A stretch of 64,000 nt of DNA from Bdellovibrionales bacterium (GTDB lineage Bacteria; Bdellovibrionota; Bacteriovoracia; Bacteriovoracales; Bacteriovoracaceae): contig DAOWEO010000008.1 of assembly GCA_030638415.1 (NCBI GenBank), positions 47-64,046 of the forward strand, in the 5' to 3' direction. The position numbers and the translations under genes are program-made. Below, in pieces: positions 31,407-39,507 of this stretch. The notes below the pieces were generated by a model. That model saw only the letters and a program-made list of their open reading frames with translations, was not told where the DNA came from and did no database searches. Position 1 is the first letter of the stretch, and each line of letters opens with the position of its first letter.

Positions 31407-32558
31407 TTATCTACTTTTTAAGCGTTGAAGTCTATTAACTGCGTACTCTAGCTTTTCTACAATATAATCAAAGTCTTGTTGTGACGTATTCGGTCCAAAT
31501 GATAGTCTAATTGCCCCCCGCCCAATTTGATCATCTAATCCCATCGCACTGACTGAAATAGACGTATGAGGTTCATTGTCAGCACATGCTGATGAAGTTG
31601 TTACAAAAATATTTTCACTTTCTAACTCTATTTGTAGTGCTTGTGAGTGGATTTGAGGAAAGGATATATATGATGTATTTGGTAGTCTTGTAGCCTGCTC
31701 TCCAAGAATTATCAAGTTGGAAAAAATACTTTGAAGTTGTTGTTCAAAAATATTTTTTAATTTTTGTACGTCCTTGTAGAGATTAATATGTGTCGGTATT
31801 TCATTTAGAGCGATACTTAAGCTCTCGATTCCCAGGTAGTTTTCAGTTCCTGCTCGTACTCCTTGTTCTTGCTCACCACCAACAATTAGCGGGGAGAGCA
31901 ATTTTGGATTTTTGACAAGTAGAATACCACATCCCGGTAGTGCACCAAGCTTATGCCCTGAGACCACCGCCATACTTAACTTGGAGCTTTTAAATGAAAA
32001 TGGTACTTTACCTATGAGCTGAGTAGAGTCAGATAGGATGGGAATATCTTTGGTATTGCAGAGGTCGATTATTTTATCTAAAGAGTGGATAACACCTGTT
32101 TCATTACTCGCCATTAGGCAGGTTACAAAAGCAATCTTATTACCCAAGTTATTAATGAGATCTAGAGTCTGTATACTATCTATTTCTCCACTTGGAAGAG
32201 TTGGAATAAGGTGCAGATCAATATCTCCAGTAAGATATAGGATATTTAAAAGCTTACTTACTGCGGGGTGCTCCTGGTTAGAACTGATAACAATTTTATT
32301 TTTACTTGCACTTAAAAGTGAGTGAATGGCCCAATTTAGAGACTCTGTTGCTCCTGATGTATAAAAGATTTGATAGGAATCAGCATCTAAAAATTTTGCA
32401 CAATAACGTCTTGAGTTTTCTAAAATCTCTTTAACTTGACGACCTCTGGTATGTAGAGAATTTGGGTTTGCAAAAAATGGAGTGTCTAATCTTGTTTTAA
32501 GATACTCTTTTACGCTGGGAAGTAGTGGTGCAGTACTGTTATAATCTGCATATATCAT
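31407..32558 (-). CDS. Cysteine desulfurase (NifS/IscS-like, class V aminotransferase)
   Basis: PLP-Lys motif SGHKLGALPG and active-site region SSACADN. It starts 9 nt downstream of nadA. Confidence 0.88.
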   Translation of the reverse strand: MIYADYNSTAPLLPSVKEYLKTRLDTPFFANPNSLHTRGRQVKEILENSRRYCAKFLDADSYQIFYTSGATESLNWAIHSLLSASKNKIVISSNQEHPAVSKLLNILYLTGDIDLHLIPTLPSGEIDSIQTLDLINNLGNKIAFVTCLMASNETGVIHSLDKIIDLCNTKDIPILSDSTQLIGKVPFSFKSSKLSMAVVSGHKLGALPGCGILLVKNPKLLSPLIVGGEQEQGVRAGTENYLGIESLSIALNEIPTHINLYKDVQKLKNIFEQQLQSIFSNLIILGEQATRLPNTSYISFPQIHSQALQIELESENIFVTTSSACADNEPHTSISVSAMGLDDQIGRGAIRLSFGPNTSQQDFDYIVEKLEYAVNRLQRLKSR

Positions 32559-32567
32559 AAGAAATCC

Positions 32568-33662
32568 TTAAATTGTGAGCATCCGTTCAAGAGCAATCGC
32601 AGCAAACTTAGCTATCTGTGGATCAACACTAATAATATTTATTGGTTTGTCTTCTTTAATTGATAGTAACGAAGCGTAGAGCCATTTTGGGCGTACACGG
32701 TACATTGTTGTACAGAGACACTGATAGGGGGACAGTGAAATAATTTCTTTGTCTGGCATCTCTTGCTTTAAGCGGTTGACGAGATTGATCTCTGTTCCAA
32801 TGGCAAATGAGCTGCCAATTGGAGCTTTTCTGACTTGATCTATAATATAGGCAGTAGAACCATTATCATCTGATGCTTGGACAACATCAAAGCTGCACTC
32901 TGGATGGACTATTACCTGTGTTTCTGGTTTTGATTTGCGTATTTGATGAATGTGTTCGAGATGAAATCCTTTATGCACTGAGCAGTATCCATACCACAAT
33001 ATGACTTTTGCTTTTTGTATTTCTTCTGTGGTCAATCCACCATTTTGTAAGTTTGGATTGTAGGTAACCATCTCGTCTAATTTTACTCCAAGCTCGTAGC
33101 AAGTGTTACGACCGAGGTGTTGGTCTGGGAAAAATAGTAGTTTGTCACCTTTGTTCAATGCCCATGAGATTACTTTTTTTGCATTCGACGATGTACAAAT
33201 TGTTCCACCATTTTTCCCAACAAATGCTTTTAGGCTTGCTGTACAATTCACATAAGTCACAGGTACGACTGTATCATTTGTGACAGCAGCAATGTTATAC
33301 CAAGCATTTTCAACTTCATTTATACTTGCCATATCTGCCATGGAGCATCCTGCATCGAGATCAGGAAGAATAACCTGTTGCTCGTTGCTCGTAAGAATAT
33401 CAGCTGTTTCTGCCATAAAGTGAACACCACAAAAAATAATATATGGGTTACTTAGCTTTGCTGCATCTTTAGCAAGCTGAAGAGAGTCGCCTTTGAAATC
33501 AGCAAATTGGATAATATCGTCTTGTTGATAGTGGTGGCCAAGTAGGACAACTTTATCTTGTAACTCTTGTTTTAATTTATGAATTTCTATTACTGCTTGT
33601 GCATCTGTAAGATGAGCTAAACTAGCAGTAGGATTGGTCCTGGTATTTAATATATCTAGCAT
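32568..33662 (-). CDS. nadA: Quinolinate synthase
   Basis: 364 aa; HYYQ..DIIQFADFKGDSL, GVHFMAETA and HPEC motifs. Confidence 0.93.
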   Translation of the reverse strand: MLDILNTRTNPTASLAHLTDAQAVIEIHKLKQELQDKVVLLGHHYQQDDIIQFADFKGDSLQLAKDAAKLSNPYIIFCGVHFMAETADILTSNEQQVILPDLDAGCSMADMASINEVENAWYNIAAVTNDTVVPVTYVNCTASLKAFVGKNGGTICTSSNAKKVISWALNKGDKLLFFPDQHLGRNTCYELGVKLDEMVTYNPNLQNGGLTTEEIQKAKVILWYGYCSVHKGFHLEHIHQIRKSKPETQVIVHPECSFDVVQASDDNGSTAYIIDQVRKAPIGSSFAIGTEINLVNRLKQEMPDKEIISLSPYQCLCTTMYRVRPKWLYASLLSIKEDKPINIISVDPQIAKFAAIALERMLTI

Positions 33663-33716
33663 TTGCGTCCCTTGTTTTTGTACACTTTATAGCCGAAAAA
33701 ACTTTAAAAATCTATT

Positions 33717-33746
33717 TTGACTTACTGTATCGTTTACGACTACAAT
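33717..33746 (+). promoter_or_regulatory. Candidate sigma-70 promoter of parAB
   Basis: TTGACT (33717-33722), 18-nt spacer, TACAAT (33741-33746). It is followed by the inverted repeat AGTTATT...AATAACT around AAACACACACT. Confidence 0.45.
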
Positions 33747-33793
33747 TTTAGTAAGTTATTAAAACACACACTAAATAACTGAGGGGCATTACC

Positions 33794-34567
33794 ATGGAAG
33801 TAATTACTGTTGCTAATAACAAGGGCGGTGTTGGTAAGACGATGCAGTGTTATCAGCTTATCTGTCATTTGGCGAATAAAGGTTATAAAGTTTTAGTTCT
33901 TGATCTTGATTCCCAAGCAAACTTGAGTTCTACTCTAGGCATTCAAATTCAACGAACTTTAATTCCTGAATGGTTAATTGGAGATGTTGAACTTGCAGAT
34001 GTACTGGTTCCAGCAGAAGGAAAGGGTAAGTATTTAAAAAATATTACAGTTATTCCTTCAAGTCGCCATTTAGCGAATCTTTCAAAACTATTGATTATGT
34101 CAGAAGCTGAAGTTCGTAAAGAAGCTGGCCGTAAAGAGCGTCTTCTACGTTTACGAATAGAAGCAGCTCGTGAGCATTTTGACTACGTTGTTATTGATAC
34201 ACCTCCAATGCTTGGAGATGAGCTCATAATGTCTTTAGTGGCATCGACACGTATTTTGATTCCAACTCAGGCTCAAGATTATTCGATTGATGGACTTGAA
34301 GAGCTGATGGATACTTTTGAGATTATTAAAGAGACCGAAAACCCAGGACTTGAGTTTTCAATTATTCCTTCAATGGTTAATGCTAGAAGAAAAATTGAGA
34401 AACAGCGAATGGAAGAGTTAGCCCAGATGTTTGATATTACTCCTGCGGTACGTAATCTAGTTCAAATGCAAGAGTCAATTTCTGGTCAGCGGCCAGTTTG
34501 TGTTATGGGGAAAAAATCAAAAGGCAGACAGGACTACGAAGCACTATGGTCTTCTCTAAATTTATAA
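33794..34567 (+). CDS. parA: ParA/Soj-type partition ATPase
   Basis: Deviant Walker A NNKGGVGKT; LDLDSQANLS; IDTPP. Confidence 0.88.
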   Translation: MEVITVANNKGGVGKTMQCYQLICHLANKGYKVLVLDLDSQANLSSTLGIQIQRTLIPEWLIGDVELADVLVPAEGKGKYLKNITVIPSSRHLANLSKLLIMSEAEVRKEAGRKERLLRLRIEAAREHFDYVVIDTPPMLGDELIMSLVASTRILIPTQAQDYSIDGLEELMDTFEIIKETENPGLEFSIIPSMVNARRKIEKQRMEELAQMFDITPAVRNLVQMQESISGQRPVCVMGKKSKGRQDYEALWSSLNL

Positions 34568-34596
34568 TTCTTTAATCCAAGGATATGGAGTAAAAG

Positions 34597-35484
34597 ATGG
34601 CAAAAACATTTGCACCTCGCGTGTCTAAGACGATGCGAAAGAAAGTTAGTTTAAGTAGTGATATATCTCAAGATATTTTCAGGCGTTCTGATCAGAAGTT
34701 ACTGCAGGGAGCACGCCTAGACGAGATAAAGCTAAAACAGGTCAAGGTTAAAGATCAGGTACGTACAAAGTTTAATGACGACTCACTAAAGGAGTTGGCA
34801 GATAATATTCGTGAGAATGGTCTGATTCAGCCAATTGTTTTACATTTGGATGAAGATAAGAATTATCGTCTTATTTGTGGTGAACGACGTTTTAGAGCAA
34901 TGAAGCTGATTGAATTAGAATCAGCACCTTGTTTTGTTTTAGAGAAAAAAACTGAAGAAGAGCTTATGGCAATTCAGTTTTCAGAGAACTCTTCTAGAGA
35001 AGAGCTTCATTATGTTGATAAAGCAGATGGAATATATAATTACCACAAAGCAACTAAAGCAAGTGAAAGAAAGGTTGTAGCTTCATTAGGGATATCAAAA
35101 ACAGAAGTTCATCGTAGTCTGATAATTGGACGATTGTCAGCTAAGGTTAAAAATGCAGCTAAAGATTTTGATGTTGAGAAATATGTTTTAATTGAGTTTT
35201 CTGCAATTGAAGATAAGAAATTAAAGCAAAAAGTACAAAAATTAATTTTATCTGGTGAGTTAACAAAGCGCTCTCAGCTAAAAAGAATGATTAAAGACGG
35301 AATAATAAAACTGGCGAGAAAAAAACGCTCTTCAGTAAAAAAGGCATCTTTGCCTCGTGGACTAACTGCAAGCGCTTTTATTCAGGCGATGAACGAGCAG
35401 TCAAAGAGTCTGGATTTAGATAAGGATACAAAAAAATTAATTAAAAAGATCATGGAAGATGCTAAAGAAATAGTTGATATTTAG
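34597..35484 (+). CDS. parB: ParB-like partition protein (ParB/Srx N-terminal domain)
   Basis: GLIQPIVL and the arginine patch GERRFRA; basic C-terminal half. Confidence 0.8.
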   Translation: MAKTFAPRVSKTMRKKVSLSSDISQDIFRRSDQKLLQGARLDEIKLKQVKVKDQVRTKFNDDSLKELADNIRENGLIQPIVLHLDEDKNYRLICGERRFRAMKLIELESAPCFVLEKKTEEELMAIQFSENSSREELHYVDKADGIYNYHKATKASERKVVASLGISKTEVHRSLIIGRLSAKVKNAAKDFDVEKYVLIEFSAIEDKKLKQKVQKLILSGELTKRSQLKRMIKDGIIKLARKKRSSVKKASLPRGLTASAFIQAMNEQSKSLDLDKDTKKLIKKIMEDAKEIVDI

Positions 35485-35524
35485 GTATTAACTACTCTTC
35501 TCAGTGTGTGTTTGTTGTGTTTAA

Positions 35525-35568
35525 GGCCCTTTTTACGAAGAATTCGTATAGAGGGTCTTTTCTTTTTT
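35525..35568 (+). terminator. Candidate terminator after parB
   Basis: Nested hairpin: outer stem GGCCCT..AGGGTC, inner stem TACGAA-GAA-TTCGTA, followed by TTTTCTTTTTT. Confidence 0.5.
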
Positions 35569-35660
35569 AAGCTACTACTCTCAGTTGGCCTACGCATTGC
35601 ATTAATATTTATATAAGAGATTGGAGAATCTAAATATTAACGCAATTATAGGGTGTTACC

Positions 35661-36482
35661 ATGAGAAACAGAGCAGAACTATTTAACAAGTGTTTAAAGT
35701 TTAGCCAGATTCTACTGCTTGGAGTTCTGACAATAACTTCTATTGGTAGCTGGTCGAATGAAGTAAATACTGATCAATTAAATCCATACTTTGTAGGTAA
35801 ATCGAGGGCACCATCTAGCTATGTTGCCAATGAAGAACTGGAGGATTTTCCTGTTGAAAATATTATCTGGTTAGATAGAACCTTTGTAGAAGACGATGCA
35901 GGAGTACTTGTAGGAATGAAAAATAAACTAGCCACGTGGGAACATATTGATGAATATGCCAGAGTATGGAATATGAAATCATCTGGTCTTTATAATACTC
36001 CAGAAGCTGATTCTAGAAAAAACTACATTAATAAAATGCTTTTAAAATATATAGATAAAAGAATTTCAGGAGAGATTCGTCACGCCAAAAAAGGTTCATC
36101 ATGGGCCAGAGTTGGTAATGTTCAGCAAGCACTGAAGCCAAATACAACAGTGAAAATGAATAAATATTTTAAGTTGAAAATCAAAGGAAAGGTGCTAGAA
36201 GGAAAGGTTACTTTTACTTTGAAAAATCCATTCTTTAACTGTGAAACATATGTTTGGATCAATGGTAGAAGTACTATTCATATGGGTAAAGATTTTAAAA
36301 CTGTTGGGGTAAAGACAAATCTTGATTATAAAGTTAATGAAGGACGATGGATTGCATCAATTGATAAAAAAATCACCAAACAGGTTGGAGCAATATTATC
36401 AGCAGAAAGAACAGGATTTATCTCTTTGTATGATCAAAAAGCGACACAAGTATTAAAAGTTTATTTTAACCATCCTTTCTAG
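35661..36482 (+). CDS. Secreted protein, unknown function
   Basis: 273-aa ORF with a hydrophobic N-terminal segment (ILLLGVLTITSIGSW). Confidence 0.5.
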   Translation: MRNRAELFNKCLKFSQILLLGVLTITSIGSWSNEVNTDQLNPYFVGKSRAPSSYVANEELEDFPVENIIWLDRTFVEDDAGVLVGMKNKLATWEHIDEYARVWNMKSSGLYNTPEADSRKNYINKMLLKYIDKRISGEIRHAKKGSSWARVGNVQQALKPNTTVKMNKYFKLKIKGKVLEGKVTFTLKNPFFNCETYVWINGRSTIHMGKDFKTVGVKTNLDYKVNEGRWIASIDKKITKQVGAILSAERTGFISLYDQKATQVLKVYFNHPF

Positions 36483-36514
36483 TAAGACCAGATAGATGGT
36501 GATACCATTTTTAT

Positions 36515-37057
36515 ATGAATAAATTATGGATTCTTTTACTTACACTGCTTAACTCACCACTCCTTTATGGAAAAATCTTAAATTATAAAATATCTCCCGG
36601 CCATATTGTACAAGTACCACTTGCCAAGGCTTGTCAGCTAATGGGAGTCAGAGAGAAGTTACTATTAGTTGAAGTTGTTAAGCAAAAGTTGGATTGTATG
36701 GGAAAGAAATTTCCTCTTACTGCTGTTTGTAAAAACCGGCGTCCTGAGACATTTCCCATTGATCTTATTCGTGCCAAGTATAATCCTACTAGTGAAATGG
36801 TTATTTGTAATTTTTCAGACCAGGTACTTTTTTCACTAGAATGTAATAGTAAGGATAGTTGGCAGTGTGAAGATCCTAAGGTGCAGTGTTTACGTATCAG
36901 GCCCAAAGTTGCTTATGAATTGTCTTTAATACGTTCCCACGCTATTAAAAATGATAATGAAACCACTGTATTGAGCTGCCTGTTTCAATCAGAGATAGAT
37001 ATGTCATTAAAAGAAGAAAGTGATAAAAATTTTGAAATCTTCTTAAAATCACTATAA
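36515..37057 (+). CDS. Secreted Cys-rich protein, unknown function
   Basis: Signal peptide MNKLWILLLTLLNSPLLYG; multiple Cys. Confidence 0.5.
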   Translation: MNKLWILLLTLLNSPLLYGKILNYKISPGHIVQVPLAKACQLMGVREKLLLVEVVKQKLDCMGKKFPLTAVCKNRRPETFPIDLIRAKYNPTSEMVICNFSDQVLFSLECNSKDSWQCEDPKVQCLRIRPKVAYELSLIRSHAIKNDNETTVLSCLFQSEIDMSLKEESDKNFEIFLKSL

Positions 37058-37121
37058 AAAACAGTTACTTATATTCTACTAAAACAGAGGCTTCTTGTAG
37101 TAATGCTACGAGGAGAGTTTT

Positions 37122-37634
37122 ATGGAGACATTTTTACGTGCTTATTACCCTACTGGACACGGAAGTTTAAAGCAGGTGCAAATTTTTGGATATACTACAA
37201 ATGGTATTCCAGGGGTGGAAATTGTTGGTTTGGGTAGGCAGGGACGGACACTTAAAGAAAAAATTATTTTTTTTTCAAAGCGTCTTGGTTTGAAACTTCC
37301 AATAAAGAGGTTTGTTCTATGTATAGAAGAAGAACAAATTCATTTAGGAGATTTCTCATATTTAGAATTTCCATTTTTTTTTCTATTTTTAAATTTAGCC
37401 GGTATTTTAGAGATAAAAAGTTTAGAAAACTGCCTATGCTCTGGTCGGTTACTGCTTAATGGTAACTTATTGCTACCGAGTGATAATAGTATTGCTAAGC
37501 TTTCACAAGAGGGATGGACTTTGTTAATAAGTAACAATAGCTTAACCCCACAAACAAGGGGGCAGAGGTTTTTAATTATTGAAGATATATTTCTTCAACA
37601 AGGTATAAAGATAGGAATTTTTTTACTTAAATAG
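37122..37634 (+). CDS. Standalone ComM/YifB N-terminal (Lon-like) domain protein; AAA+ Mg-chelatase module absent
   Basis: GIPGVEIVGLGRQGRTLKEKIIF...KRFVLCIEEE...FPFFFLFLNLAGIL...CSGRLLLNGNL parallels the ComM N-terminus (GLPxFxIVGLxxxxVxESReRV...ItvNLaP...dLpiAl.ila...GELsLdG). The ORF ends after 170 aa, overlapping the pfkA 3' end. Confidence 0.45.
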   Translation: METFLRAYYPTGHGSLKQVQIFGYTTNGIPGVEIVGLGRQGRTLKEKIIFFSKRLGLKLPIKRFVLCIEEEQIHLGDFSYLEFPFFFLFLNLAGILEIKSLENCLCSGRLLLNGNLLLPSDNSIAKLSQEGWTLLISNNSLTPQTRGQRFLIIEDIFLQQGIKIGIFLLK

Positions 37635-38619
37635 CGAGTGCCCGGATTAGATCAGTGAATGGTTTAGCGTATCCATCACGACGACCTAAACACTCGCTAA
37701 GTGGAACTGTCGTTACAGATCCTTGTACGAACGAAGTGGCTACTGGAAAGTTTCCAGAGGTTAGAGCATTTACAGCATGAAATCCCATTTGAGAGGCGAT
37801 GAAACGGTCTCTTGCTGAGGGACTACCACCTCTTTGGGTATGGCCCAATGTACATAGGTGACAAGGAATATTGTGTTCAACTTCTAATACCCGCCTTGTC
37901 TCTTGGGCATTTCCAGCTTTTTCTCCCTCTGCAACAATGATCAGTGATGAGGTTTTTCCTCTCGCCTGACCTGCTTTAATAATACTAATCATCTCTTCAT
38001 ATTTTCCATCATGCTCTGGAAATACAATATATTCAGCACCGGTGGCAATGCCAACTTGTAAGGCGATGGCGGGAGAGTGACGGCCCATTACTTCAATAAT
38101 AAATGTTCGTTGGTGTGATGCTGCAGTATCACGAATTTTATCAATAGCCTCAGTAGCTGTTTGGATCGCTGTATCAAATCCTATAGTATAATCTGTTCCA
38201 GAAATATCATTATCAATTGTTCCTGGAACTCCAATAACGGGAAGTCCATGTTCCTGGCTTAATGCCATCGCACCTTGAAAGCTACCATTTCCTCCGATAA
38301 TAATTAATCCATCAATATTATTTCTTTTAAGAATGTTGTAGGCTTCCCTACGAACGTCTGCATTGTGGAACTCTTTGCAGCGTGAAGTTTTTAAAATAGT
38401 TCCTCCACGTTGTATAATGTTGCTGACTGAGGTTATATCCATTGGGGCTAGTTTACCCTCAAGTAGTCCTTGAAATCCCTTTTCAATACCTACAACCTTA
38501 AGATCTGATCCAATTGCAGTTCTTACTACAGCGCGAATCGCTGTATTCATGCCTGGACTATCTCCACCGCTAGTCAAAACACCAATAGTATTAATTTTTT
38601 TAGTTTCAGTAACTGCCAT
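37627..38619 (-). CDS. pfkA: ATP-dependent 6-phosphofructokinase
   Basis: GVLTSGGDSPGMN, IIIGGNGSF, GVPGTIDNDI and LGHTQRGG motifs. Confidence 0.94.
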   Translation of the reverse strand: MAVTETKKINTIGVLTSGGDSPGMNTAIRAVVRTAIGSDLKVVGIEKGFQGLLEGKLAPMDITSVSNIIQRGGTILKTSRCKEFHNADVRREAYNILKRNNIDGLIIIGGNGSFQGAMALSQEHGLPVIGVPGTIDNDISGTDYTIGFDTAIQTATEAIDKIRDTAASHQRTFIIEVMGRHSPAIALQVGIATGAEYIVFPEHDGKYEEMISIIKAGQARGKTSSLIIVAEGEKAGNAQETRRVLEVEHNIPCHLCTLGHTQRGGSPSARDRFIASQMGFHAVNALTSGNFPVATSFVQGSVTTVPLSECLGRRDGYAKPFTDLIRALAI

Positions 38620-38718
38620 GACTGGTCCTTGTGGAAAATTATCTGTCTAGATTTTAGACAGTGTACAAAGTATAGACAGATAAGGCTAGCTAACACCCTA
38701 ATTAATTGTAGTACTGGT

Positions 38719-38734
38719 TGGCATATATTGTGCT
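38719..38734 (+). promoter_or_regulatory. Candidate sigma-54 (-24/-12) promoter upstream of lipoprotein gene
   Basis: TGGCATATATTGTGCT has GG-N10-GC spacing like TGGCAC-N5-TTGCW and lies ~45 nt before ATG 38778. Confidence 0.25.
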
Positions 38735-38777
38735 TATAAAGCAGTGTATATGTTTATTACACTGCAAGGAGCATGGT

Positions 38778-39353
38778 ATGAAGAAGTTAAACTTTATTTT
38801 AATTTTTGTTTTATTGTCTTTTATGAGTTGTGGAAACAATGAGCTTGTAAATAGTGATATTGTGGAAAGTATGGCAGCAGTAAATCCTGTTAATACTCAG
38901 ATGGCAGAGGCTTTAAGCGATTATCGTGACTTTATTACAAGAGATGGTTTTGTAAAAGTTAGTATTAGCTATGATTTTGAGATATTTCGTATGACTAGTG
39001 AAGTAAAAGTTGAAGAGTGTTTTTTTGATCTTTTTGATTGTACTGAAACAGTTACAGATAAAGAAGTGTTGGGTAGTGAGACACGTAGTGAAACATATAA
39101 CTCAGAAGTAATGGTTCACCGCTTAGGAACAACTAGAATTACAGTTCTAAATGGACTTAACAGTATTTTAGATAGAGCAGTGAGTGGATATAATTATGGA
39201 TACGGAAAATTTGTTGTGGCACTGGAGAATGGAGAGACACACTATTTTGATCTGAATTTACCACTAAGTGCTAATCCAATTTCAGCATATAATTATGTTA
39301 CGAATGAGGGTGTTGCTCTACAAAATGGTGGCGGATGGTATACCGTTCAGTAA
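38778..39353 (+). CDS. Lipoprotein, unknown function
   Basis: MKKLNFILIFVLLSFMSCGNN has lipobox FMS|C. The track start at 38718 is less likely. Confidence 0.6.
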   Translation: MKKLNFILIFVLLSFMSCGNNELVNSDIVESMAAVNPVNTQMAEALSDYRDFITRDGFVKVSISYDFEIFRMTSEVKVEECFFDLFDCTETVTDKEVLGSETRSETYNSEVMVHRLGTTRITVLNGLNSILDRAVSGYNYGYGKFVVALENGETHYFDLNLPLSANPISAYNYVTNEGVALQNGGGWYTVQ

Positions 39354-39382
39354 AAAGATAATTAACTAAGTTAACTTTATAG

Positions 39383-39407
39383 AGGGGCTATTCAGCCCCT
39401 TTTTTTA
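39383..39407 (+). terminator. Rho-independent terminator
   Basis: AGGGGCT-ATTC-AGCCCCT followed by T7. Confidence 0.75.
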
Positions 39408-39435
39408 TTTCTACTCTTTTTATAATTTCATATTA

Positions 39436-39444
39436 TGCTATAAT
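39436..39444 (+). promoter_or_regulatory. Candidate extended -10 promoter element (TGCTATAAT)
   Basis: TGnTATAAT match ~64 nt upstream of the acyl-CoA dehydrogenase ATG. Confidence 0.35.
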
Positions 39445-39507
39445 TTTAGAGATTTAATTTTATGCTCTTGAAAGCTTTGTGCTTTCTCTACACAAGGAAG
39501 GTGTTTA

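Noticed and set aside
33663-35660. Canonical chromosomal parS (TGTTNCACGTGAAACA) near parAB.
   Set aside because: It is not present here. The CACGTG occurrences I noticed elsewhere in the window (for example near 5585, 22945, 25115, 35935) lack the flanking TGTT/AACA arms.
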